Source: an uncultured Cocleimonas sp. (GTDB lineage: Bacteria; Pseudomonadota; Gammaproteobacteria; Thiotrichales; Thiotrichaceae). Taken from it: a stretch of DNA of 50,313 nucleotides. A program made the position numbers and the translations under genes. The stretch covers positions 1 through 50,313 of the forward strand of contig CALFUP010000014.1 in NCBI GenBank assembly GCA_937929875.1. Reading direction: 5' to 3'. This document shows positions 33,801 through 40,850 of the stretch, one piece after another. The notes beneath the pieces were generated by a model, which made no database searches, had not been told where the DNA came from, and saw only the letters and a program-made list of their open reading frames with translations. Each line of letters begins with the position of its first letter. Within the stretch, counting starts at the first letter, position 1.

Positions 33801-34893
33801 TATAAAAGGTCCCAATGAGATACATACGGTAGACATTAAAAATGAAAGCATTCCAGCTGCAGTAGAGGGACAAGCTCTTCTACAAGGCGGAGAGCAGGTG
33901 TCTGCCTTTGTACCTGATGGCGGCTTGGCAACCATACTCATGTCAGACCCAACAGGAGAGCTAATATTTAGCTGGGTTGTAGGGAATGGGTTGACTGATC
34001 TTGATTCCAACCCAGATACGTATACATTTGATCCTTCAGCTGTCTCAGTAGGCAGCTACATTGCTGAAGTCAGTACGACAAATAGCAATGGGCAAATAGT
34101 TAATCATAACCTCTACTTCAATATCGCTAACACTTCACTAGACAATGTTATCGACAGTAATGGTAATGGTATCCCTGATGTTAAAGATATCGACTCATCA
34201 ACGAATCTATTGCCTGTCAGTATTAATGATAACACCAACTTATTTTTATTAAGTGAAGCCGGAACTAAGGTTAAATTAGGATCATTTGCTACGGCCAGAG
34301 GCGACTATAATGCGATTGTACAGCCCGGTGAGAATGGCCTCCCGGCCATTTCGTCTGCTTACGCTTACGCTTTACACGCCTATAACTATCAAGTAAGTAG
34401 CATAGCGATTGGTGCTGCAATTGAGGTCATTATTCCTCACAGCCAACCGATTCCAGAAAGTGCTATTTACTTAGTCTTCAATAAAGACAGCAACATGTGG
34501 CTTCCTTTTGAGGAAAACTCACAAAATATAATCGCCTCTGCGCCTTATGATGGAAACTCTACGATATGCCCTCCACTTGGTGACAATCGTTATGTGAGTG
34601 GCCTAGTCGCTGGAAATTACTGTGTGTCCCTCACTGTTGTGGACGGGGGTAGTAATGATGCAGATAGATCTAATAACAGTACGATATCTAATGTCGGTGT
34701 TGTAGTTAGCACGATAGCGCCAACCAATACGGGAACCGGTAATAATAATGGCAGTGGCGGTAGTATCGTCCAAAGTGGCGGTGGTGGAGGGGGAAGCCTC
34801 CCATTAGACATTCTCCTGCTACTTGTATCGATGCTGCTATTTCAACGGTACATTAAGCTATTATCTTTACGAGTAGCCAGAACCAAAAGTTAG
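24883..34893 (+). CDS. Giant GlyGly-CTERM surface protein (3,336 aa): Cys-containing N-domain, cadherin-like/tandem-95 Ig repeats, ~20 HYR-like repeats, C-terminal membrane anchor
   Basis: Sec signal MLKTINWIVVLLLLLVSGQIQA|A; 'NDAP.I..G...D...P.HG......Y.P..NY.G.DSF...VSDG' repeats; 'DTTPPQITL...H.I.WQATD.SGNTATQEQ.VNV' repeats; DSNGNGIPD; C-terminus GGGGGGS + hydrophobic helix + basic residues. Confidence 0.9.
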   Translation: MLKTINWIVVLLLLLVSGQIQAATWTETVGSRTFEYDDTASPATCSLTDNTANISLQDEMGDVTSLTYTNTVDCSKAEQYIVVKNHSADYWQVHVLNGAFQAKQQLWIKTAANNHTIEWSKGSATRKFIYNPPLQNIGDTHDNCPTFNGVGIAVQQSDDISALTFSNSVSCTDGDQHLLLSFGDKTYWRVQIEGNEINDTDLQACDGSYSFVYESGVVTSTGTGDNEGITVDTTVEAGCFPPLPTLTEFPSIIASGDEDNSGMSITYADLLANSDASLGKTSLGSDIGSILYFKVDSVMNSGTLLIDGSAYSDGSDTNIPALNTVGPNSVISYKPSEHTNGTIDALQLSLETDLGHTNSNSVTAKVSLNPVNDAPRKLTSGSMYVGSLLSSEISQSTLRAVDDIDVAIGSEVTDDIIFKLVSTPSRGSLLKSGSPLASNSTFTQTDVNDGKISYKNSSSGSSDSLSLVVEDSSGLSNNVTFNIGITIIQADRGSPIIAQGPSIGAIMSENSSPNPFSVSLNATNTAGGDSLMIWRLKTPPANGQAEVFGLGRSPTDEASEFVRYEPNENFDGTDSFTVLVNNGTQNESTIVINVTVEDVNAPPVITQGTSYGVNMSEDSSPIAFTASISATDRDDNDTSLFWDVYFHPLHGAVTLNNTTGSSPVINYTPTANYYGSDSFGLIVSDGTDTDIIRVPIYITPQNDAPTINEGSSITVNMSEDGTPNPFNLTLNATDIENDDISWAITTQPSNGTLSLSGIDNAREINYVPQSNFVGQDTFVITVSDLNGGSNSTTVIVDVDPLNDAPSITQGDNVTVSMTEEGDTPFSLTLDATDVDGDALQWSILSTPSHGAATVASTSGLSTDINYSPDTDYFGSDSFVVQVSDGVLSETIVVNVNVANINDPPVIQEGDIISKTVLEDTALTINLTALDSDSSVIWQVLQQPGNGSVEFLAGFNSPKRVQYTPATNFNGPDSFQVAVSDGEFTDQITVNVTVATSNDAPSFREGLQTNIYISEDSFPTAFKLTLNGIDNEGDELSWSIDTAPTNGTAKIIVPLGTGRAIDYVPDANYYGMDSFIVKISDGSLSNTFKVNVTVEPNDDAPAVQGPLADLTFPLGETTTQVSISDVFTDVDSDDDAITKSIFLNDNESLVTVSVAGDLLTLNYVSGGVGTANISLLGVSGSKSVQDHFSVTIEDLIAPVFTNLPLDELTYEATGPQTSISPAIPAATDETSVVVDSNKPDQLALGTHTISWVATDSSGNTATTSQLIHIVDTTPPQLSLDNPTVTASATNGTSGNSVDLGEALATDLVDGEVVTIASVPLTGSSVATLDIGQHTIIWQATDASGNTATQEQIVNVVDNTPPEITLVSSTLTVSANHPTINSVDLGAVAVNDIVDGALIATTNTSLNGTVATLPIGQHTIIWQATDTAGNAATKEQIVNVVDTTPPQITLANPVITVGADTQNSNNVDLGQVTANDLIDGNLTAISTNTLLSGTVATLPIGQHTVIWQATDTAGNTATQEQIVNVVDNTPPEIVVESPVITVNAGTQNNNSVDLGIVTANDLIDGNLQATTSTPLIGNAATLSIGQHTIIWQATDASGNTATQEQIVNVVDTGFPLIFIEAPSITVSATSQDNNNVDLGAVTASDLIDGNLNATASTPLNGTVAILPIGQHIITWQVTDTSGNTTTQQQIVNVVDNTPPQITLEQPFITVSANHPDSNSIDLGTITATDLVDGVLAATTNTLLNGTVATLPIGQHTIIWQATDTSNNQVTTEQIVNVVDTTLPQITLENTTLTVSASSQNNNSVDLGAVVANDAIDGVLTVTANIPLNGTLATLAVGQHVITWQATDANGNTATQEQTVNVLDSTLPQITITNAVITVSASSPSNNNVDLGTVVASDLVDGNLIATTTIPLNGTIATLSVGQHTIVWQATDASGNTATQEQIVNVVDTTPPQITLESSVITVNADSQNNAVDLGTVTANDLIDGSLIATTTTPLSGTAATLAVGQHTIVWQATDSSGNTATQEQVINVVDTTKPQITLSNTVLTVSAVNANNNSVDLGTVSASDAVGGVLTATSDIPLNGTVAILAVGQHTITWQATDASGNTATQEQTVNVVDTTSPQITLSNPVIRVDGTHPDNNSVDLGTVTATDQVDGLLSATTETSLNGTVATLPIGQHVIFWQATDANGNTATKEQIVNVIDNTQIINNDDTTPPQIVLGSPVITFNAISKDNNSVDLGSVIANDLVDGVLTATTSTLLNGTVATLAIGQHTIVWQATDTSGNTATQEQTVNVVDTTLPQITLENATITVIATSKENNSVALGTVSANDSIDGPLTATTSTPLNGTTASLPIGQHIITWQATDASGNTATQEQIINVIDTKPPQIILSQAIITAAATSRDNNEVDLGTVTVNDSIDGTLTATTSTPLNGTVATLAVGQHTVVWEAIDASGNHVRTVQIVNVVDTTPPQITLESPTITVNTDAINSTVELGDVVANDLVDGSVTATANVPLNGTAATLAVGQHTIVWQATDASGNTTTQEQLINVIDNASPQITLSNATITFSASSKDSNLVNLGLVTATDSVDGAVTVTTITPVDGTVATLPIGQHIIVWQAVDTNGNTTTKEQTVNVVDDIPPQITLENSIITVNASSPDENHVDLGTVTANDLIDGVLTATTSTPLNGTVATLAVGQHSIVWQATDTSGNTSTQTQTVNVVGSESPVITVNDVVVEATGKITTITEETLANSVFANDATDGEIDAIPQISLDGALPIGTHTIVWQATDSDGNQSAASQLVTIKDTTPPELFIDNLQVTLNATGELTTINTSDLGVSAGDLVDDDISIIGEINGNALSSDLFESGIYSINWFAQDDYGNRSNAQEQTVRIIPLVNYGPAQLVSAGDRVSVRLILTGLAPDYPVSINYEIDADASEGVSDIDHTATFGTLILEYPETEGTFTFDISAFPVLNGLGEGKLVFSLGELNGAIKGPNEIHTVDIKNESIPAAVEGQALLQGGEQVSAFVPDGGLATILMSDPTGELIFSWVVGNGLTDLDSNPDTYTFDPSAVSVGSYIAEVSTTNSNGQIVNHNLYFNIANTSLDNVIDSNGNGIPDVKDIDSSTNLLPVSINDNTNLFLLSEAGTKVKLGSFATARGDYNAIVQPGENGLPAISSAYAYALHAYNYQVSSIAIGAAIEVIIPHSQPIPESAIYLVFNKDSNMWLPFEENSQNIIASAPYDGNSTICPPLGDNRYVSGLVAGNYCVSLTVVDGGSNDADRSNNSTISNVGVVVSTIAPTNTGTGNNNGSGGSIVQSGGGGGGSLPLDILLLLVSMLLFQRYIKLLSLRVARTKS
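26360..28170 (+). repeat. Six ~100-aa cadherin-like (tandem-95/Big_9-type) repeats
   Basis: NDAP/NAPP starts and 'YxP..N(F/Y).G.DSF...VSDG' motifs. Confidence 0.75.
28459..33510 (+). repeat. About 20 HYR-like Ig repeats of ~85 aa
   Basis: Counted D(T/N)TPP-type starts; conserved 'GQHTI.WQATD.SGN.AT.EQ.VNVV'. Confidence 0.82.
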
Positions 34894-36858
34894 CGATTCT
34901 TCAAGCCAGTTGTCAGCCTTTAAAACGCTTTTTCGTTGTTTCTGCGCCTTTTTTTCAAGCCTTCGCTGAGCAATTCTGAAAGGCAGGTACTGTAAATAAT
35001 TAGAGTGCCCTGAATATTCGAATACTTTGTTTATGCTTTTATAAGCAGCAGGTGGCAATCCTCCTTTAAGGATTTCATCATCTGATGATAGGAAAACTTG
35101 TACACTGCCAGGGTCTCCTTGTCTTGCACAACGACCCATTAGCTGTCTATCGATCCGTCCAGAATCATTTAGCCCGCTGAGAATAATGTGTAAGCCACCA
35201 AGGTTTTTGGAGTACTCATCCAGCTTAATATCGGTTCCTCTACCAGCCATGTTTGTTGCAATTGTCACACGGCCATTGATACCTGCTTCACGAATAATAT
35301 CCGCTTCATCCTCATGCTTTACCGCATTGAGTAACTGGTGAGGGATACTGGCTCCGTCGAGCAATGCTGACAGCGTATTACTTTCCTGGATTGTCCTAAC
35401 ACCGATCAACACAGAGCGACTCATTCCATATAAGCCTTGAACTGATTGGATAATAGCCAGCCACTTTTCTTTTTCTGTCTTCCTAAAAATAATAGGCAAA
35501 GATTTCCTGTTTATCGGTTTGTGTGGAGGAATTAATAAGCTAGGTAACTCATAAATATTCCAAAACTCTGACGAAGATTCTTTTGCGGTACCTGTCATTC
35601 CACTCAAGCTTTTAAAATATCTAAAGAATTTCTGAAAGCTCATTCTTGCAACGGTTTCATTTGGATAGGTTATTTCGATCTCTTCTTTCGCTTCAACTGA
35701 TTGATGAAGGCCATTACTCCAGGAACGGCCCGGTGTTAGGCGACCAGTAAATTCATCGATAATGATCACTTTGCCATCTTGCACAATGTAGTTTTTATCT
35801 CGGATAAAGAACTCTTTGGCGATAAGAGATTGAGTCACTAGCTCTTCTCTCCGATCTTTCCCATGCCAAAAACCATGGAGTGGAGCAGCAAGTTCTTTTA
35901 ATTTTTCCTTTCCAGCTGTCGTTAACGTAATAGATCGATACTCAGCATCTACTTCATAGTCAATCGACAGCTGAAGCGGTGACGACAACCCCTTCGCAAC
36001 TTTTACAGAATCTATAAATGCTTGGTTCTCTACAGGTGATGAAATGATTAGAGGGGAAATCGCTTCGTCTATTAAGATACTATCCGCTTCATCAACGATT
36101 ACCGTATCAATACCTCTTAGTACAAGTCGATCGGTGCTTTGTCTATTGACCAAATTCCTAATCATTATCTGATCAGCTGTATGCTTTTGATTGAAAGCTA
36201 GGCGGTCTCTTAAGAAATCTGCCAGCAACTCTTTACTGGTCGTATAAACAATATGTGATTTATAGTGATTCCGCCGTTCGTCTTGGGACATACCATCAGT
36301 AACATAACCTACCGATAAGCCAACCTCGGCATAATATTCGGAAAACTCTAGCGCATCTCTCTCCGCTAGGTATGAATTAACAGTGAGTATATGGCAGGGT
36401 CTGTTTTTCCACCCTGTCAGCGTAGCGGCGATCGATGCTGTTAGGCTTTTCCCTTCACCTGTTGCCATTTCAACAAGATGCCCTAAATACAGGCCTAAAG
36501 CCCCTACAATTTGTTCTATATGAGGGCGTAGCCCCAAAGTACGCCGGCATACCTCAACTAATGTTGCCAATGCTGATAAAAGCTCTTTGTTTACCTTCAG
36601 ATCGCTATAAGCTTTTCTTCTAAAGTAGGCCGCATGCTGCGCGACCTTTTGCTGCAGCTCTGTGTCCGTCAGTAGTTTTACTTCTCGCTCAACAATAGAA
36701 TCAACTGTTTCTGCGTGGGATAAAAGCTTCTTGAAAATCACCGAACGTCTTTTGTATTGACCAACAAATTTATGAGCAATTAAATCCACACCCGTATGCA
36801 GACGTTTCGGAGTAGAGGTATGAAGTGAATGATATAGGTCGCTGGGCTGTTGAATCAT
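34867..36858 (-). CDS. Accessory, C-terminally truncated SecA-like DEAD ATPase (~663 aa)
   Basis: EMATGEGKS (Walker A), IVDEADSIL, GLHQSVEAKE, GMTGTA, IATNMAGRGTDIKL and RQLMGRCARQGDPG. Likely start is ATG 36858 in an ATGA overlap with the upstream stop, rather than 36909. Ends shortly after 'AQRRLE...RKSVLKAD'. Confidence 0.92.
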   Translation of the reverse strand: MIQQPSDLYHSLHTSTPKRLHTGVDLIAHKFVGQYKRRSVIFKKLLSHAETVDSIVEREVKLLTDTELQQKVAQHAAYFRRKAYSDLKVNKELLSALATLVEVCRRTLGLRPHIEQIVGALGLYLGHLVEMATGEGKSLTASIAATLTGWKNRPCHILTVNSYLAERDALEFSEYYAEVGLSVGYVTDGMSQDERRNHYKSHIVYTTSKELLADFLRDRLAFNQKHTADQIMIRNLVNRQSTDRLVLRGIDTVIVDEADSILIDEAISPLIISSPVENQAFIDSVKVAKGLSSPLQLSIDYEVDAEYRSITLTTAGKEKLKELAAPLHGFWHGKDRREELVTQSLIAKEFFIRDKNYIVQDGKVIIIDEFTGRLTPGRSWSNGLHQSVEAKEEIEITYPNETVARMSFQKFFRYFKSLSGMTGTAKESSSEFWNIYELPSLLIPPHKPINRKSLPIIFRKTEKEKWLAIIQSVQGLYGMSRSVLIGVRTIQESNTLSALLDGASIPHQLLNAVKHEDEADIIREAGINGRVTIATNMAGRGTDIKLDEYSKNLGGLHIILSGLNDSGRIDRQLMGRCARQGDPGSVQVFLSSDDEILKGGLPPAAYKSINKVFEYSGHSNYLQYLPFRIAQRRLEKKAQKQRKSVLKADNWLEESLTFGSGYS

Positions 36859-39008
36859 AATTGAAATCTGTTCTGTAGCAGCTGTCGTAACTTTCGTTCC
36901 CACTGCCATAGCAACGGTGTGGAGCCTATCTGAATCCGTACTAACCCCGACTGACCGTGCAGCACGAGGTTATCCTCGTCATTTTTTAGCTTTGCAATAA
37001 TACGGAAAAATGGATCTTGTGATTCATTCTGTTTGTCAGGCTGTTGAGACACTGCAATGTCTCCACCACCATGCCAACCCAAAGCTGGGGAGGGCAGCAT
37101 TTTCTGATCGTGAGGGATCATTTCGAAGCCGTCAATTTGTAACGTTTTAGTACTTTGCCCGTTTAACTTAACCTCGACATCAGAGGTTTCTGTCATGAAG
37201 ATCCTTGAGGCATCCTCCTGCGATATAACCGCAGTAAAAAGTAAATTATCTTCATCAATCACAAAACCAATAGATGTTCCTCTTCTTACCCAAGTATCCC
37301 TTATCTCGTTGATTTGAGGGGATACCCAACGGCCGTCCTGTTTTGCTTTGATAACAAGAGATTCAATACGTTTATCGATCTGAGTCATTTTATTAACGAG
37401 AGACTTCTTGCGCTCGAGGATAGGATTCATATCAGAGATATTTTGGAATCTGGACTTACTCTCTTGGTTAAGTATTTCATCCCATTGGGCCTCTAACACC
37501 CTTTTTTCCTGATCAAAATTCCTATTCTTTAGCGTCATTAGAGGATCACCTTTCCTGACCATCTGCCCACTTGAAGTGATCACTCGATCAATATACCCAT
37601 CTACCTCAGTCGTAACATTCAAATAATCAGCAGATTCAACCACTCCCGGCGAGCGGAAGCTATCTGAGACTGGGATAAATGCCAAAAGCGAGACGATAAG
37701 TCCAAGCAGCAAAACACTGTGAATAATTGCTTGCATACGATTTCTTTCCAATGTCGGACTTGTAAGTAAGAATTTTACTAATGAGTAGGGTGGTTTAATC
37801 AACCATAAAAAAGACATAAAGATAGCCATCAATATGCCTATGATAAGGTATTCATTCGCGACAAAAAGCACAATCGAAGTGAATAATATAACCCTGTAAA
37901 TAGTTGATATTATTGCATAAAATATCATCCAAAATGACTCTGTTCTGTTAACAGAGGGCGCTGTTATATTCTTTATTTTTAGAAGGTATTTCTTTCCTAC
38001 ATGAAAGATTTCTTGCTGTGCTTTAGTATATAAATTAGGAATATCAAGTAGATGAGACAACATGAAATAGCCGTCAAATCTCAGTAATGGATTTGCGTTG
38101 AACAGCACGGTAGATACCGAAGCTACAAATATCATGTTGTAGGCTAGGCTATTGATAGTGCCTGGTGCGGTATTAGCCCAAACTAGTACCGCGATTGCCG
38201 CAATGAATAACTCAACCACCATCCCCGCTGCCGCAACAAATATGCGTTGCCGCCGGCTTCGAAAACTCCAACTGGATGTGGCATCCATATAAGGAAGGGG
38301 TACAAAGATTATTAACATCACACCTAGAGTGTGTACCGCCCCCCCGTAATATCGGCACACATAAGAATGCCCTAACTCATGTAGAGTTTTAATGATCACC
38401 ATGCCAATATAAAGAAGAACTAGATTACTAGGTGCCAATATCGCATTAGTCTGATCAAACAGCTTATCGACATTTTCAATGGCTACTTTGGAGGCTAGTA
38501 AGATCAAGGTAATCCATACAGCAAAGCCACCGTAGCTAAATAAAAACTTCAGATAAGGTAGTGTTTTCTTGAGGAAAACATCCGGATCAACGAGAGGTAT
38601 CTTCAAAAACATGAAGCTCAGGAGTTGTGCATTTAACTCCTTTGTCTTGCGCTTTTTATAACGATTAAAAAAGCTATTGTTGTCAGACTTCGAGTCATAA
38701 TAAAGCATATTAGAGACATGAAGCTGAGTCAGCAGCTGCATCACATCTTCTTGGCCTGGAGAAGCCTCCGGGTTTAAAGCAATAACTTTTTCCCACGTCT
38801 CCTCTATGGTGCTGCCAATCTCCATATGGGCAACAAAGTGATAAGCATTGGGTTTAATCCTAAAAAACTGATTATTGAAGGTATCATTCAACACATACCA
38901 AATTTCTTGCTGGTAAACCTGTTTCTGTATCTTCACCGCAGGGCTCAAACACGCTTTGACATTGGCGATGCGATGCCATGATTCACTAAATGTTTTACCT
39001 TGAGACAT
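36855..39008 (-). CDS. Fusion of PqqD-like N-domain, M50 (site-2) membrane metalloprotease and HlyD-type adaptor (717 aa)
   Basis: HELGH (38367-38381) and NANPLLRFDG motifs within multiple hydrophobic helices; C-terminal half has lipoyl-like 'VDGYIDRVITSSGQMVRKGDPL', a coiled coil and a beta-barrel; ~100-aa soluble N-terminal domain. Confidence 0.88.
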   Translation of the reverse strand: MSQGKTFSESWHRIANVKACLSPAVKIQKQVYQQEIWYVLNDTFNNQFFRIKPNAYHFVAHMEIGSTIEETWEKVIALNPEASPGQEDVMQLLTQLHVSNMLYYDSKSDNNSFFNRYKKRKTKELNAQLLSFMFLKIPLVDPDVFLKKTLPYLKFLFSYGGFAVWITLILLASKVAIENVDKLFDQTNAILAPSNLVLLYIGMVIIKTLHELGHSYVCRYYGGAVHTLGVMLIIFVPLPYMDATSSWSFRSRRQRIFVAAAGMVVELFIAAIAVLVWANTAPGTINSLAYNMIFVASVSTVLFNANPLLRFDGYFMLSHLLDIPNLYTKAQQEIFHVGKKYLLKIKNITAPSVNRTESFWMIFYAIISTIYRVILFTSIVLFVANEYLIIGILMAIFMSFLWLIKPPYSLVKFLLTSPTLERNRMQAIIHSVLLLGLIVSLLAFIPVSDSFRSPGVVESADYLNVTTEVDGYIDRVITSSGQMVRKGDPLMTLKNRNFDQEKRVLEAQWDEILNQESKSRFQNISDMNPILERKKSLVNKMTQIDKRIESLVIKAKQDGRWVSPQINEIRDTWVRRGTSIGFVIDEDNLLFTAVISQEDASRIFMTETSDVEVKLNGQSTKTLQIDGFEMIPHDQKMLPSPALGWHGGGDIAVSQQPDKQNESQDPFFRIIAKLKNDEDNLVLHGQSGLVRIQIGSTPLLWQWERKLRQLLQNRFQL

Positions 39009-39017
39009 ACGTGATTA

Positions 39018-40849
39018 TCACCACCAAAGTTTTAAGTAGATGAAGTCAATTGTCTTCTTGAACATGATCCACAGCATGCTATGAGAGCCGGCATCTAACT
39101 TAGCAATACCCGTCATGCCTGGTCGCCACCAATTCATAGGTGATTCATTCAATGTCCCTTTTGCAACAAACTTGTTAGCCTCGTTTTTTATGATAGACAC
39201 TGGGACGATCTGCTCAACCGTGATTGGATAATCGTATTTTGGCTCAGTTATAAAAACAATATTACCTTGTGTCCCCTTTTTAATTTCGTTGATATATTCC
39301 TCATCAACTTCGAGTTCAACATATAGGTTTTCTATCGAAGCCATTTTATAAAGAACATCACCCTTTTTCACTGGTGCGCCTATCATCTTGTCCAGCTCAC
39401 CTTCTACAATGACGCCATCATTCTTAGCCAAAATAGAAGAGTTATTAATGTAGAACTGAATTTCTTTCAGCTTTTCCACTGACTGTTTCTTAAGTGACGA
39501 CGCTATCTTCATGTCGGCAAGTTCATCACTGATTAAGTGCTTCCTTTGCTCTCTTTCATACCTAGAGATATCAGCAGTCAAAATAGATTCTTGGATTACC
39601 AGCTCTTCAACATCAAGATCTAACACTGGACTCCCAGCTTTTAGGCTATCTCCAGCTTTGACATAAACAGCCTTCACATAGCCATCAAATGGTGCCGGCA
39701 TAAACACCATGTTCTCTGTTTTTATAATGAAAGATGCTTCAACTCTATATGGGTAGGGAATCAAGGCTAACAATAGCAAGGCGACTATTGACGTAATCAG
39801 CAATAACTTCTTGCCGGTATGCCTAACCCCCAGAAAGGAAGAGAAGAAGCGCTTAATGCCATGAGTTATCTTGGATCCAAACCATCTACTTGAATACTTT
39901 AAGTCTGCAAGCCTTCGGACTGCTTGATCTGCTAGAACCCTTAAGCCTTTAGTTTCTTGCTCACCAAATTCGACAGCTCTTTCACAAGTAAGAACCGCAA
40001 TGGATTTTTCATCTAAGCGCAAAGGTATCGATAGAATATTCTCAACGCGTTGTTGTGCTGAGAATGCTTTATGAGAAAGCGTAATTAAACTAGATTGGTT
40101 AGTTCTTGAGGGATAATGTATTTCTGTATCCTGGTCGAGTGATTCTTCCATCGCTTGACCAAGTAACTTTAGTATTTCAGTCTTTTTGTCGAATTTTTCT
40201 ATGTGGCTAATAGCCTTGATTTCAACATATGCACCTTCTTGCCACCCAAGGCTGACACGGCTACATTGATATTTTGAGGCTACTTCATTACAAATAATCA
40301 TTGAGGCCTCAACAAAATGACGACTATCGTTCAGTAGTGTCATAATGTCTAGCGTATCAATTACTTGGACAATGCCATGTTTAGAGCGATTAATATGACT
40401 CTGATACGACATGGGAATGTCAGCATTTAGCAGGTATCTTTCAGAAAAATTTGAGTGGTCACTTTGCTTACTAAAATCAACTAAAAAAGCAATTACAGAG
40501 TCTGGACTGGACCCTTTCACAGGTATAGAACCTGCTACTAAAGTCAGCTTGCTATCTCCTAACTCATTAGCAAAATTCCTATCAATAGCCTTATCAGCAA
40601 TGGATATTAGCCTTTGCTGTGCATTTGAAATATTACTGATAGGAACCTGATTACTAGTTGGAGAGAGGATTACCGCCCATGAACCGGTGTCTTTTTTTTT
40701 AATAAAAAGCAGGATTCAGCATTCAAGAACTGATTGAGAGTGTCTAAATAAGTACCCCAGAAACTTTTAGCATCCCCTTCAAACCCCCTGAGACCCCTAA
40801 GCTTTTCTAATACAGTAACCCGGTTATTATCTATGATTAAATTATTCAT
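39018..40849 (-). CDS. GAF-domain HlyD-family adaptor (~610 aa if read through), interrupted by a 1-nt frameshift at the A9 run 40692-40700
   Basis: ATG 40849 lies 1 nt after the upstream stop and gives a 59-aa ORF ending at TAA 40670. The downstream frame is open from 40715 to 39018, with a GAF-like region, one TM helix, 'APFDGYVKAVYVKAGDSLKAG' and 'WRPGMTGIAKL'. One extra A joins the two. Confidence 0.82.
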
Positions 40850-40850
40850 A

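Noticed and set aside
231-34811. Dozens of 60-190 aa antisense and off-frame ORFs over the giant genes
   Set aside because: Shadows of repetitive, codon-biased coding sequence; they recur with the repeat period and show no independent motifs.
36859-36909. Longer SecA start at 36909
   Set aside because: It overlaps the M50 gene by 55 nt; the ATGA-coupled ATG at 36858 is more plausible.
40518-40520. GTG start for a 500-aa GAF-MFP
   Set aside because: The frame stays open upstream to the A9 run, and a coupled ATG at 40849 explains the otherwise empty 330 bp.
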